Assembly (NCBI GenBank): GCA_038844925.1
Contig: JAWBQY010000004.1
Location: forward strand, 7,425 to 71,424
From: Sulfolobales archaeon
Lineage (GTDB): Archaea > Thermoproteota > Thermoprotei_A > Sulfolobales > NBVN01
Direction: 5' to 3'
Length of the DNA: 64,000 nucleotides
Shown here: positions 50,149-60,348 of the stretch, in pieces
Layout: each line of letters opens with the position of its first letter
Numbering within the stretch: position 1 is the first letter of the stretch
Translations under genes and position numbers: made by a program
The notes under the pieces: model-generated
Database searches by the model: none
The model's input: only the letters and a program-made list of their open reading frames with translations
What the model was told of the DNA's origin: nothing

Positions 50149-51539
50149 CTCATACGTTATCCGTTAAGGAGTTGAGAAAGGTTTTAAGTGCTAAGGGGTC
50201 CTTACTATTCGTGAAGTCTATCCCAGGCGTAAGTTATGGTGAGATAGTTGAGGTCTTATTAGAGAGTGGGGAGTCAAGGTTAGGGCAGGTAATCGACGTA
50301 TCTAGAGATGTTACGGTAATTCAGGTGTTTGGAGGTGTTAGTGAGGTTAACGTTAAGACGTCTAAGGTCAGATTTAAAGGTGAATCTCTCAGAATACCTG
50401 TATCTATTGATATGTTTGGTAGGATATTAGACGGTCTGGGTAGGCCTATAGATGGAGGTCCTGGGATAGTCCCTGAAGACTTCCTAGATATTAATGGGAT
50501 GCCTATAAACCCGGCTAGTAGGCTACCCCCCTCAGAATTTATAGAGACTGGTATATCGGTAATTGATGGCTTGCTGTCCATAGTGAGGGGTCAGAAATTA
50601 CCTATCTTCAGCGGTGCTGGACTACCTCATAATAGGATAGCGACTCAGATAGTTAGGCAGGCTAGGGTTAGAGGTTCTGAGGAGCGTTTTGCTGTGGTGT
50701 TTGCAGCAATAGGTGTGACCTACGAAGACGCATACTACTTCATAAATACTTTAAAGAAGTCTTCGTCGGTGGAGAACGTAGTTTCAATTATTAATACTGC
50801 TTCAGCTCCTACTATAGAGAGGATAGCGACTCCTAGAGTTGCCTTAACTATCGCTGAATTCTTAGCGTGGAGGTACGACACACACGTACTGGTCTTAATG
50901 GTTGATATAACGAATTACTGTGAGGCGTTACGTGAGTTGAGCGCAGCGCGTGAGGAAGTTCCTGGGAGGCGTGGCTACCCAGGATACATGTATACAGACC
51001 TAGCTACCATATATGAGAGGGCTGGCAGGATAAGCGGTAAGAAGGGCTCAGTGACCCAGATGCCTATACTCACTATGCCTGATGATGATATAACGCATCC
51101 AATACCGGACTTAACTGGGTATATAACGGAGGGTCAGATAGTTCTCTCAAGAGACCTATTTAGGAAGGGTGTGTACCCACCGGTAGACGTTCTCTTATCG
51201 CTTTCTAGGTTGATGAAAGATGGTGTCGGACCTGGGAAGACTAGGGAGGACCACTACCAAGTCTTCATGCAGTTAATATCGGCCTACGCCGAGGGGCAAT
51301 ATTTAAGAGAGCTTACAGCTATAGTCGGTAGTGAATCGCTTAGTGATAGGGATAGGAGGTATTTAAACTTCGCAGACCTCTTTGAGAGGAAGTTTATAAA
51401 TCAAGGTGAGTTTGAAAGGAGGTCTATAGAGGAGACGCTTAATATAGGTTGGGACTTACTTGCTACGCTGCCTGAGGAGGAGTTAAAACTTATAAGTATA
51501 AGCTACATACGGAAATACCATCCGAAGTATAGGTCATAA
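50145..51539 (+). CDS. atpB: A/V-ATPase subunit B
   Basis: [39 protein letters not shown]. Confidence 0.96.
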   Translation: MTHTLSVKELRKVLSAKGSLLFVKSIPGVSYGEIVEVLLESGESRLGQVIDVSRDVTVIQVFGGVSEVNVKTSKVRFKGESLRIPVSIDMFGRILDGLGRPIDGGPGIVPEDFLDINGMPINPASRLPPSEFIETGISVIDGLLSIVRGQKLPIFSGAGLPHNRIATQIVRQARVRGSEERFAVVFAAIGVTYEDAYYFINTLKKSSSVENVVSIINTASAPTIERIATPRVALTIAEFLAWRYDTHVLVLMVDITNYCEALRELSAAREEVPGRRGYPGYMYTDLATIYERAGRISGKKGSVTQMPILTMPDDDITHPIPDLTGYITEGQIVLSRDLFRKGVYPPVDVLLSLSRLMKDGVGPGKTREDHYQVFMQLISAYAEGQYLRELTAIVGSESLSDRDRRYLNFADLFERKFINQGEFERRSIEETLNIGWDLLATLPEEELKLISISYIRKYHPKYRS

Positions 51540-51548
51540 GTTCTAGGT

Positions 51549-52199
51549 GTGTTGATGTCTCAGCAATTACTTAAGATATCTAGACCCACTAAGATTGAGT
51601 TGATAAGGCTTAGAAGGAGGTTAGCCATTGCGAGGAGGTTACATAAGATACTGAAGGATAGGTTGGTAATACTGTCACAGGAGTTGATATCACTTGTTAG
51701 AGAGGCTATAAACGTACGTGAAGAACTTCATAAGAAGTTATGTGAATGTCAGGAACTAACGATGAAGAGCTACCTAACCCATACCGTAGATGTTGTTGAG
51801 TCTTACATAGTTAGGAGGCATACTACTAAGTCATTAGTCGTTGGTTCAAGGATCTTCGCAGGTGTTAAACTACCATTCTATGAAGTTGAGACGGGTAGTG
51901 CGGTGGCAAGTAACTACATTAGCGCTGCAGTATCAAGTGAACTATCTATTAAGTGTTATGAAGAAACCCTCAAATTAGTTGTAAAGCTAGCAGAAATCGA
52001 GGAAAGTATAAGGTTGATAGGTAATGAAGTAGCACGTACTAAGAGAAGGGCTAACGCCCTTGAATACTTCTTAATACCCCGTATCTTAAATACTATTAAA
52101 TACCTGCAAGGGAAGTTTGAGGAAAGAGAGAGGGAGAATAAAGCTAGGATGAAGAGGATAAAAGAACTTCTGGAGTTAAGGGCTGGGGGAATTGCCTGA
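51549..52199 (+). CDS. atpD: A/V-ATPase subunit D
   Basis: PTKIELIRL, TKRRANALEY.LIP. Confidence 0.93.
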   Translation: MLMSQQLLKISRPTKIELIRLRRRLAIARRLHKILKDRLVILSQELISLVREAINVREELHKKLCECQELTMKSYLTHTVDVVESYIVRRHTTKSLVVGSRIFAGVKLPFYEVETGSAVASNYISAAVSSELSIKCYEETLKLVVKLAEIEESIRLIGNEVARTKRRANALEYFLIPRILNTIKYLQGKFEERERENKARMKRIKELLELRAGGIA

Positions 52200-52608
52200 G
52201 TACGATTTTGACGACTACTTAGAAAGGTACCTAACTCACGAGTTAAGAATAGTTAATAAGTACTTACCTATGAAGAGGAAGAAATTAGCCGAACTACTTA
52301 AGGAGGAATACCCTCATGTAATATGTTCAGATGGCAGTCTGCATATGTTCAGGAAGGAGGAGTTAGAGGGTATTCTAAGGTTAGTAAGTGATGAAGAGTT
52401 AAACAACCTATTCCTACCCATAATGCTTGAGTTAAGAGTCGATATGAATGGAACAGTAGCCCTGGTCAGGGATAGATATGCCGCCTCACTCATATCTAAA
52501 ATCCTGGGCATAACTTATGAGGGAGGAAACCTCTACCTATACCCACCTCAACTCAGTGAGTTGAGGAGAAAGGCAGGAACTCTAATACAGTACTTCATGA
52601 CGTTGTAA
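52192..52608 (+). CDS. DUF61/UPF0216-family protein
   Basis: N..LP..RKKL.ELL.EE.P.V...DGS.H.F.K.ELE. Confidence 0.8.
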   Translation: MPEYDFDDYLERYLTHELRIVNKYLPMKRKKLAELLKEEYPHVICSDGSLHMFRKEELEGILRLVSDEELNNLFLPIMLELRVDMNGTVALVRDRYAASLISKILGITYEGGNLYLYPPQLSELRRKAGTLIQYFMTL

Positions 52609-52646
52609 CGATTAGTTTTTACTGTTTGAAATAGCTTATAGAAATG

Positions 52647-52719
52647 GCCCTGCCCCCACACACCACTTGATTGTCCGTAACGGACTAAGTGATAGTGGTC
52701 AGCCGGGCAGGGTACAAAT
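52647..52719 (+). ncRNA. H/ACA sRNA; pocket fits pre-tRNA-Tyr(GUA) U35
   Basis: Lower stem gccctgccc/gggcagggt, pocket ccacac + cagcc, upper stem accact/agtggt, ACA at 52714, 14 nt from pocket top. Confidence 0.85.
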
Positions 52720-54441
52720 CTACCATTTAAGTACGTCAGGTCTCTTCAGCTGTGCTTTATGTCTTGCCTCACTAATTATGGCGTCTATATTCTTTAGGAA
52801 GTTGCTATCTAATTTCTTGAAGAGCGGTTCGGGCCTGCCTATTTTATGTTGAGCCATCTGCGGTGGTGTTTCATCGCAATGTAGTTTTAATTTATCAATA
52901 CTTAGGTTTAACATCTTAAATAGCTTTTCTGCTGAGTTAGGCGTTATAGGTGATAGCATTAAACCCAGGTAATATACGCTGATAAATCCTAAGTACAGAG
53001 TTGTTGATGCATCCTCAACATCTGACTTTACTTTAGCCCAAGGCTCTTTAACGTTTAAGTACTGATTTCCAGACCTAGCAAGTTCTAATATAACGTCTGA
53101 TGCTGCCTTCATCTTAGCTACATTCATATACTCACAGTACTTACGTAGTGATGCTGTAATCTTATCTCTGAATTCGTAATCAATGGCCGAGTACTTAGAA
53201 GGTGTTGGTACTACCCCACCGTAGAACTTACTGATAAGTGTTAACACCCTATGGATGTAGTTTCCGATGTCATCGTTTAACTCGTCGTTAATAATCCTCA
53301 CAAATTCAGTCCATGAGAAGTTGGTATCCCTACCTTCGGGTCTCATCCTAATCAACGCAAAACGCCAGTAATCAGGATTTGGCACTATCTCCAATGCCTC
53401 ATCTATCCAAACACCGATCCTCCTACTCTTACTGAATTTCTGCCCCTCAAACATTAAGTACTCAGTTGCTGATATTATGGTGGGTAGGTTATAGCCCTCA
53501 CCACTTGCTAGTAACATCGCCGGCAGTATAATAGCGTGGAAGGGGATGTTATCCTTACCTATGAAGTATGCCGTGCCTGAGCTACTATTAAACCAGTACT
53601 CACGCCACTTATCCTCATGGCCGGCCCTCCTGAAGAACTCTATAGTAGCTGATATATAGCCTAGTAGGGCCTCAAACCAAACATATATGGTCTTATCTTC
53701 AGCGTCTGGGAATGGTGCTTTAATCCCCCATTTATTATCCCTCGTTAAGGACCTAGGTTTTAACCCCATCCTAATCCAAGCGGTGGCGTAGTTCTTAACG
53801 TTGTCGTCGAGTAATTCATGCCTGTCCAACCAATCCTTAATTAATTCCTCCACCTTGTCTAACCTGAAGAACCAGTGTTTAGTTTTTCTGAAGATAGGTC
53901 TGCTTAAGCAGAAAACACATTTAGGTGATACTAGCTCTTCAGGACTTAACAGCTTACCACAACTATCGCATTGGTCGCCTCTAGCATCCTCATACCCGCA
54001 GTGAGGGCATATCCCAACAATAAATCTATCGGGTAAGTATATCTTATCTAGGTTGCAGAAGGGCATTACCTGCTCCTTAACCTCTATAAAACCTCTCTCA
54101 TACATTTTCAGCATTAAACTACTTACGAATTCTTTATGCACTTCGCTCTCAGTCCTGGTGTAGTTGTCAAATGATATACACCACTCATGGAATAACTTAC
54201 TAACATACTCATGCGACTTATCCGTCAATTCCTGAGGCTCTATACCTTTCCTCCTAGCCTCTACCTCTATAACCGTCCCATGTTCATCACTACCGCTGAC
54301 TAGTACTACATCATAGCCACGTAGTCTTAAATACCTAGCAAATACGTCAGCTGACAGCACGCTACCGATCATGTTACCTAGATGGGGTACTGTGTTTATG
54401 TAGGGCCACGCTGACGTCACTACCCACTTACTGAAATTCAT
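52720..54441 (-). CDS. metG: Methionyl-tRNA synthetase
   Basis: [29 protein letters not shown]. Confidence 0.96.
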   Translation of the reverse strand: MNFSKWVVTSAWPYINTVPHLGNMIGSVLSADVFARYLRLRGYDVVLVSGSDEHGTVIEVEARRKGIEPQELTDKSHEYVSKLFHEWCISFDNYTRTESEVHKEFVSSLMLKMYERGFIEVKEQVMPFCNLDKIYLPDRFIVGICPHCGYEDARGDQCDSCGKLLSPEELVSPKCVFCLSRPIFRKTKHWFFRLDKVEELIKDWLDRHELLDDNVKNYATAWIRMGLKPRSLTRDNKWGIKAPFPDAEDKTIYVWFEALLGYISATIEFFRRAGHEDKWREYWFNSSSGTAYFIGKDNIPFHAIILPAMLLASGEGYNLPTIISATEYLMFEGQKFSKSRRIGVWIDEALEIVPNPDYWRFALIRMRPEGRDTNFSWTEFVRIINDELNDDIGNYIHRVLTLISKFYGGVVPTPSKYSAIDYEFRDKITASLRKYCEYMNVAKMKAASDVILELARSGNQYLNVKEPWAKVKSDVEDASTTLYLGFISVYYLGLMLSPITPNSAEKLFKMLNLSIDKLKLHCDETPPQMAQHKIGRPEPLFKKLDSNFLKNIDAIISEARHKAQLKRPDVLKW

Positions 54442-54498
54442 TTAAAACACCTAGATGTTGTTTTATATATCTCATTAATAAATTATTCTTAGAAAGCT

Positions 54499-55659
54499 AT
54501 GAGGGGAATTACTTCGATTCGGAAGCTATCGTTATATGTTAAATACCCCTTCATCACATCATTTAATGAATACCTTAAGAGAAATTACGTTGGATATGTA
54601 CCAATAACCTATCTGTTAGAACATAGTAGGCAGGACCATGTAGAACGAGCTATTAGTAGGGTTAGGTCGGCATTAAAGAATATGAAGTACGTGCCAACCA
54701 CTTCTGAGGAAGCGGAGCTTTCAGCATTTTATATAGGGTTAGTGCTGGCCTCCGCCCTCGGTAGGTGGCATCTGTATAAGTACGTAGATGCTGAGGCTAA
54801 GAGATCTTATGAGTACTTACTTGGGGATTCTGAGGAAAACGTTATTAAAGTAGCTAATGCCTTTGGGATTCGATTAGAGTTCTTAGGCGGCCCACACGAC
54901 ATGTGTGGGGAGCGTATTGTGATCGGCTATGATGCTATTACTTCGAAGCCAGTAGTGCACTGTCTTCAATTTAGGGTTCCAGTAACTACGTACCTTATGG
55001 GGATTTCTAAGCTAACGACAGAACCTAAGTGGAAGTTAGTTAATCAATACGTTAAAATGGGCTATGTTTACCTAAGTAAGAAGGAGGTTTCAAGACTTCT
55101 TCAGGAGTTTATTAAGTATAGGTTATTGAACTCCGTACCTGACTTAAGTAATGTTAGACTTGAGGGAAGGATTAGCGACGTCATAAGAAGGTTAAGGGAG
55201 GAGTTACCTGCTCAAACACAGGATACGGATAAGTCTTACGAATCTTCGTTGAATGTGTCCAGCCAGGTTGTTGAGGATGCTTACCCTCCCTGCATTAAGA
55301 ACATTATTGACGCTTTACGAAGGAATGAAAGCTTAGCACATCATCAAAGATTCGCATTAGCTGCTTACTTAATAAATATTGGAGTTGATGTTGAGCAAGT
55401 AGTAGATCTCTTCAGACATGCCCCCGACTTTAACGAGAAAATGACTAGATATCAAGTCGAACACTTAGCAGGGCTGAGAGGTTCTAAGAAAAAGTACTTA
55501 ATGTACAGTTGCGATAAGATGAAGAGTTTAGGTATGTGTGTAGCTGAATGCGGTGTTAAGAACCCACTCACATACTATAAGAGAATGTTAAAGAATCTTA
55601 ATGTAAGAAGGCAGAACCTCGGGAAGGTAAGTCTTAATGAAGGAGGTCAGCAAGAGTAG
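54499..55659 (+). CDS. priL: DNA primase large subunit
   Basis: KYPF, YPPCI, H.QRF, APDFNE..TRYQVEH, C..MK..G.C..EC.VKNPL. Confidence 0.92.
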   Translation: MRGITSIRKLSLYVKYPFITSFNEYLKRNYVGYVPITYLLEHSRQDHVERAISRVRSALKNMKYVPTTSEEAELSAFYIGLVLASALGRWHLYKYVDAEAKRSYEYLLGDSEENVIKVANAFGIRLEFLGGPHDMCGERIVIGYDAITSKPVVHCLQFRVPVTTYLMGISKLTTEPKWKLVNQYVKMGYVYLSKKEVSRLLQEFIKYRLLNSVPDLSNVRLEGRISDVIRRLREELPAQTQDTDKSYESSLNVSSQVVEDAYPPCIKNIIDALRRNESLAHHQRFALAAYLINIGVDVEQVVDLFRHAPDFNEKMTRYQVEHLAGLRGSKKKYLMYSCDKMKSLGMCVAECGVKNPLTYYKRMLKNLNVRRQNLGKVSLNEGGQQE

Positions 55660-55733
55660 GTGATGGCAGATGTCGTTAGTAAGGTTAGACGATAATGTAA
55701 GGGAAGGAAGTGAAGAGGTTTGCTAAGGCAGAC

Positions 55734-56258
55734 TTAAAGTTTAAACTCTATCTTCTCATATCCCGGAGTGTTAGAACCCTTAGGCATTGAGAAAATGATT
55801 ATCTTACCGTCAGCTAATACGTCATACTCTACCCCGAAGTATGCCCTTAAAACCTTAAGGTTACCGGTAAATATCCATGTTACGGTGTAGTCGTATTCGA
55901 CGTACTCTGGTTCGTATAAGTCTTCGTAAACGTTCAGACCACGTCTTAACTCACCCTTAAAACTTATATAGAATTTTATGTAGGGTCTGCTCTCAAGGCC
56001 TCTGAAACCGAGGTCGACACCGTTGATTTTAGGGAACACCCTTTTACCATTGATCTTAACAACTTCCTCATCTATAAATGACTGCATGTTATCGACTATG
56101 CTATTTAATTCTTCGTTTAATCTGTCTTCATGGCTTAGCAGGTTCCAGTAGTGGAGTCCTTCATCGATATAGTCGAAGACTACCTCCTGTGTTATATACC
56201 CATTCTCACATACTACGAAAGTTCCCTGACCGTATAGTGGCTTAATTTCATGGCTCAT
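55734..56258 (-). CDS. Hypothetical protein
   Basis: 174-aa ORF overlapping the stop of the Lrp gene by 4 nt. Confidence 0.75.
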   Translation of the reverse strand: MSHEIKPLYGQGTFVVCENGYITQEVVFDYIDEGLHYWNLLSHEDRLNEELNSIVDNMQSFIDEEVVKINGKRVFPKINGVDLGFRGLESRPYIKFYISFKGELRRGLNVYEDLYEPEYVEYDYTVTWIFTGNLKVLRAYFGVEYDVLADGKIIIFSMPKGSNTPGYEKIEFKL

Positions 56259-56713
56259 AATGATACTTTACGCTCTTCTTTAATAGTTCTTAAAACAACC
56301 ATAGTTGATGTTGAGTAGACACCTTCAACATTGCCTATCATGTCTAGTAGGTCTGAGAGTTCCTTATGATCTCTTACTAAGACTTCTAAGATTAGTGCCC
56401 ACTCACCAGTTACGTCGTAAACCGCCTTAACCTGTTGGAGTCCTTTTATTATATCAACAACTTTGGAGTATTTCTTTATATCTATATCAAGAAATATTAA
56501 AGCCCTTAGCCTAAAGCCCAACTTAGCAGGATCTACTTCAGCTACAATTCTCTTTATCAAACCTTTATCCTTAAGCCTCTTAATCCTCATGTAAACTGTT
56601 GATGGACTTAAGTTTAAGAGCTTACCTATATCTGCATATGTTAAGTCTGCATTATCCTGCAGAATCTTAAGTAACTCCCTATCTATGGGGTCTAACTCAT
56701 CTATTGCAGACAT
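56255..56713 (-). CDS. Lrp/AsnC transcriptional regulator
   Basis: LDPIDRELLKILQ, LSPSTV..RIKRL, YDVTGEW. Confidence 0.92.
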   Translation of the reverse strand: MSAIDELDPIDRELLKILQDNADLTYADIGKLLNLSPSTVYMRIKRLKDKGLIKRIVAEVDPAKLGFRLRALIFLDIDIKKYSKVVDIIKGLQQVKAVYDVTGEWALILEVLVRDHKELSDLLDMIGNVEGVYSTSTMVVLRTIKEERKVSL

Positions 56714-56762
56714 AATTACTCCGTGGAATAATGTATTTAAGACCTTAAAAATTTATACCATA

Positions 56763-57515
56763 TTATGCTTTTGGAGCTAATAAATATTTAATTTTAGTAT
56801 CATCAACTAGTTTAAAACTCATTGATATGGGTAGCCCGTTTCCGTAATTCAATTCGAGTATGTCTGAAATGTTTAGAAGGTCGACAATCTTAGTTAAGTA
56901 GTCAGTATCGTAGGTACTTTTCGACGGTTCTTTAACCTCTAACTCTATTAACGAACCGCTAGTCTTAGATAACTTAGCTTGAGCGTTTAAGTCAGATGCT
57001 CTAAGCATTAAGAGCTCGGCTGATTCAGCTATAAATTCTATACCCTCACTACCTTCTAATTCTTTAATAGCATCTCTCAACGCTGTTGAGAGTACGGCGG
57101 CTCTTACCTTAAAGTCTAAGTCTAGTTCAGGTACTTCTGATGATGATACCTCAATAGACCTAAATTTATACCTCCTCTTTATAACACCTTCTAAGATGAA
57201 CTCGTAGAACTCCTCATCAGCTATGAGTGTTACTTTATCGCTCTTCTTAGGCTTCGGCACACTCCTTACTAAGGCGCTTAGATTTAACCCTATGGACAGC
57301 TCTTTAGAGACCGTGTACTCTATGAACGTTGATGACGGCATTACTATTTCCACAAAGGATATTCTAGCAGGGTCTAACGCCCTTAAGGTAATTCCATCAT
57401 TACTAACTACTAACTCAGCTTCATCTGCAATATTACTCAGGACATGTAATAAAGTTATAAATGTCTTCGCATTGGGGTGTACTATCTGGCATAAAGACAT
57501 GGCTAAACCCAACAA
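56763..57515 (-). CDS. pcn: DNA sliding clamp PCNA paralogue
   Basis: ITLRALDPARI, F.EY, IGLNL, YLLAPK. Confidence 0.92.
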   Translation of the reverse strand: MLGLAMSLCQIVHPNAKTFITLLHVLSNIADEAELVVSNDGITLRALDPARISFVEIVMPSSTFIEYTVSKELSIGLNLSALVRSVPKPKKSDKVTLIADEEFYEFILEGVIKRRYKFRSIEVSSSEVPELDLDFKVRAAVLSTALRDAIKELEGSEGIEFIAESAELLMLRASDLNAQAKLSKTSGSLIELEVKEPSKSTYDTDYLTKIVDLLNISDILELNYGNGLPISMSFKLVDDTKIKYLLAPKA

Positions 57516-57610
57516 TACAGTACTCTAAAACTTATAACTTTAAAGGTTATTCCTCATCTTCTAAGTTAGTATTCTTCATATTTCTTAGGTAGGGTTAATA
57601 ACCGTTTCTC

Positions 57611-57942
57611 GGTAGATGGCTGTTCATAGGTTTTCATGCTCTTTTATATCCAGCCTTCCAGCCATCTACCTCTCAACGGCTTGTTCTTCCCCTGCCCCAC
57701 CTGCGGGAGTGTGTCTTCAGCGGTTGCCCGCGGTTCATCCAGCTCCCTGCGGCGAAGCAGGGTGCACGAGAGTTACCCTCGCCATGCTCATCAAGTTCAT
57801 CCCTACCAATATTATCATCTAAGTAAAGACTTATAAGCATGAGCACTGCTTCGTAACGAAGAAGTACGGCTTAGACAGGCATACAGCGTCAGCAATACCT
57901 AATAGCACTCAAACACCTCTAGAACGAAGACCGTGAACAGCC
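57611..57942. mobile_element. Element B: internally deleted IS200/IS605/IS607-superfamily-like element with a structured RNA on the minus strand
   Basis: 9-bp perfect IR ggctgttca (57618) / tgaacagcc (57934), extending imperfectly; GC-rich hairpins 57670-57790; CTTATAAG at 57830; TnpB-like tail. Confidence 0.7.
57841..57922 (+). pseudogene. tnpB: C-terminal fragment of a TnpB-related RuvC protein, frameshifted
   Basis: EHCFVTKKYGLDRHTASA/(+1 nt)/YLIALKHL*; resembles the RuvC-III tail of archaeal TnpB-related proteins (recalled pattern). Confidence 0.7.
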
Positions 57943-58025
57943 GCAAAGCACGTAAACAACACAATTAAACATCAAAAAGAAAACAGCCCTTGGCGTTGAA
58001 TCCTCCTAAAAAGCTGTACTTGGCA

Positions 58026-59864
58026 TTAGATATAGATTGTCAGGTCCTCTAGACCTAGCTCACGTAGTTTCTCCCTAGTTGGTATTCCATTCGCGTCCCA
58101 ACCCCTAAGCATGTAGTACTCGTCTAGCATCTTGTTAAAGTCTTCCCTAGTTAGTAAGACGCCCTTAGCAGCTTCATCAGGTAACGGGTCTTCAAACACC
58201 CTAGGTGGTAGTGTGTCATCCTTCCTGCTCACACCTTCTCTACAGTTGAATACTCTAATTAGGTTCCATATCCTCTCACCGCATTTCAAGTATTCCTCTA
58301 CTGTGTAGTCGAAGCCTGTAGCGTTGTTTAGCATTTCAACTACTGGTATTGGGGCGAAGTCGCAGATGACTAATGAGAATGCAGCAGCTCTCTCATCTTG
58401 TACTTCTTTCACGAATTTAGCCTTACCCTCAATAGAGAATCTGGGTATTCTACCTTCAATCTCAGCTCTAGTAGTCCAAGCTCTCTGATGGCACGCACCT
58501 CTATCAGCTGTAGCGTAAGCTAATGCCATCCCGTTAGAACTCCTAGGATCGTAGCCAGGTATTTCTAAACCCTTAACATGCATTGCAAACCTCTCAGAAC
58601 CCTTACCAATGATCTTAGATGCTCTAGCAACACCTTCAGCAAGTAAGTTACCCAGCCAACCCTCCCTAAAGCCAATCCTCCTTATAAGCTCCCTCTGAAC
58701 TACTGGGTCGCCGAACTTTATGTTAAGTCCCTCACACTCCTCAGGCTTTATGATACCTCTCTCACAGCACTCCATGACCCACCCGATAACATTACCTGTT
58801 GAAATAGCATCTAAGCCTAACTCATTGCATAGGTAGACAGCCCTAGCAACCTCGGATATGTCTTTAATGCCATTATTAGTTCCTAACAAAGCTATAGTCT
58901 CATACTCAGGCCCCCTCACGTAGATTTCCTCACCATCTACGAGAACCCTACTCAACTTACTGCAAATTATTGGGCAGTTATGACATGCTATGTCTTTAAC
59001 TACGCATGTGCTTCGCATATAGTCTGCGTAGAGTTTTTCAGCACCTTCTAAAGAACCTCTCTGGAAATTAAGTGAGGGTATTATCGCATGTTCGTTCATT
59101 GGTTTGACCCAGTAAGCCGTGCCGTACTTCCTTCTAAACGGTATGAAGGGATTCTCGTTAATTGATTTGAGAGCGTCTGCTACAGCCTTCTGAAACCCTT
59201 CAGGATTGGCTACCCCTACCTTATGTGAACCCTTAATAGCTATTGCCTTTAAGTTTTTAGAACCCATGACAGCTCCCGGCCCTCCCCTAGCAGCTATTCC
59301 ATTCCTTTCCTCCTCCTTATCAAACACTATACATGCGTACTTAACCAATCTCTCACCGGCGGGGCCTATAACACCTACATGAGCTTTAGGATCTGTTAAA
59401 GCCCTTACAGCATCTACAGTCTTACTTACCGTTAAGCCCCACAGCTTTGACGCATCTCTAATTTCGACGGACTCGTCATCCACCCAGATATACACCGGAT
59501 GTTGGGCCTTACCCCTAACTATTATAGCGTCGTATCCAGCTTTCTTTATTTCCGGACCTGCAGAACCACCTACATGTGAGTCAGTAAATAAACCAGTCAG
59601 CGGTGATTTAGTTACGACTACGAACCTACTAGCTGTTGGCGCTCCAGTACCAGTTAAAGGACCTGTAGCAAATATGAGGATGTTTTCAGGACTTAGGGGG
59701 CTCACACCGACGCCTAAATTATCGATGAGTAGCTTAGCCCCCAACCCCTTGCCACCGATGAACTTTTTAAGTATCTTCTCATCAATCTTATACGTACTAA
59801 CCTTACTATAACTTAAGTCGATGTCGAGTACACGGCCTGCATAACTACTCAAAGAGATACCCAC
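58026..59864 (-). CDS. aor: Tungsten aldehyde:ferredoxin oxidoreductase family
   Basis: FIGGKG, TKSPLTG, GAVMGSKNLKAI, CHNCPIIC, GPEYET, ELGLD, RGACH. Confidence 0.93.
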   Translation of the reverse strand: MGISLSSYAGRVLDIDLSYSKVSTYKIDEKILKKFIGGKGLGAKLLIDNLGVGVSPLSPENILIFATGPLTGTGAPTASRFVVVTKSPLTGLFTDSHVGGSAGPEIKKAGYDAIIVRGKAQHPVYIWVDDESVEIRDASKLWGLTVSKTVDAVRALTDPKAHVGVIGPAGERLVKYACIVFDKEEERNGIAARGGPGAVMGSKNLKAIAIKGSHKVGVANPEGFQKAVADALKSINENPFIPFRRKYGTAYWVKPMNEHAIIPSLNFQRGSLEGAEKLYADYMRSTCVVKDIACHNCPIICSKLSRVLVDGEEIYVRGPEYETIALLGTNNGIKDISEVARAVYLCNELGLDAISTGNVIGWVMECCERGIIKPEECEGLNIKFGDPVVQRELIRRIGFREGWLGNLLAEGVARASKIIGKGSERFAMHVKGLEIPGYDPRSSNGMALAYATADRGACHQRAWTTRAEIEGRIPRFSIEGKAKFVKEVQDERAAAFSLVICDFAPIPVVEMLNNATGFDYTVEEYLKCGERIWNLIRVFNCREGVSRKDDTLPPRVFEDPLPDEAAKGVLLTREDFNKMLDEYYMLRGWDANGIPTREKLRELGLEDLTIYI

Positions 59865-60073
59865 AAACTAAGAACAGCTGAAACATATAAAACTTCTGAT
59901 CTCTGCAACACCTATCTTGCTAGTCAATACTTCATGAAGTTAGAATATCTTAAAGCCTTAATAAATCTTAAACGTTTTACGATTGAAAGTTCTGCACTAA
60001 AGGAATGAAGGACTTCCCTCATCTTAGGGGATGGAGTTTAATTATCAGTACTATAGGTATATATAAATTATAA

Positions 60074-60125
60074 CATCAGATGAGACAGGTTTAATCACCA
60101 CTCATTACCTCTAAACTCATCATAT
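60074..60125 (-). ncRNA. Box C/D sRNA; D guide fits 23S GUGAGACAGGU
   Basis: ATGATGA-gtttagaggta-ATGA-gtg-GTGATTA-aacctgtctcat-CTGA. Confidence 0.88.
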
Positions 60126-60207
60126 TTCCTACTTCTTACTTCTTCTGAGTAGTTAAAAATAATAGGGACGGTAGATACAGTTATTTTTACTACTCGATAA
60201 TTACTTT

Positions 60208-60260
60208 AGATGATGTAACGACGGTCTCGTGATCGGTGAGGAATCTTCTCTTCACTGAGG
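60208..60260 (+). ncRNA. Box C/D sRNA; D' guide fits 23S AGACCGUCGU
   Basis: ATGATGT-aacgacggtctc-GTGA-tcg-GTGAGGA-atcttctcttca-CTGA. Confidence 0.85.
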
Positions 60261-60348
60261 TGGAGCTTAGCGTTACCTCTATTAGAGATCGCATGTTTTA
60301 TTAATATTTTAAGTAGTATTTACGTTAGTTTAACTTAGGATAGGGGTG

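Noticed and set aside
52667..52852. 61-aa ORF
   Set aside because: Overlaps the H/ACA sRNA and is antisense to metG
55660..55715. C/D-like words after priL
   Set aside because: All boxes degenerate and no CTGA
57611..57670. Internal match to the flank as an IS110-type bridge-RNA target loop
   Set aside because: No IS110 recombinase, no match to the other flank, and the same CCAUCU stem occurs in element A, so it is more simply scaffold
57616..57836. 68-aa and 66-aa ORFs, one with CPTC
   Set aside because: Lie in the GC-rich RNA of element B; no family resemblance
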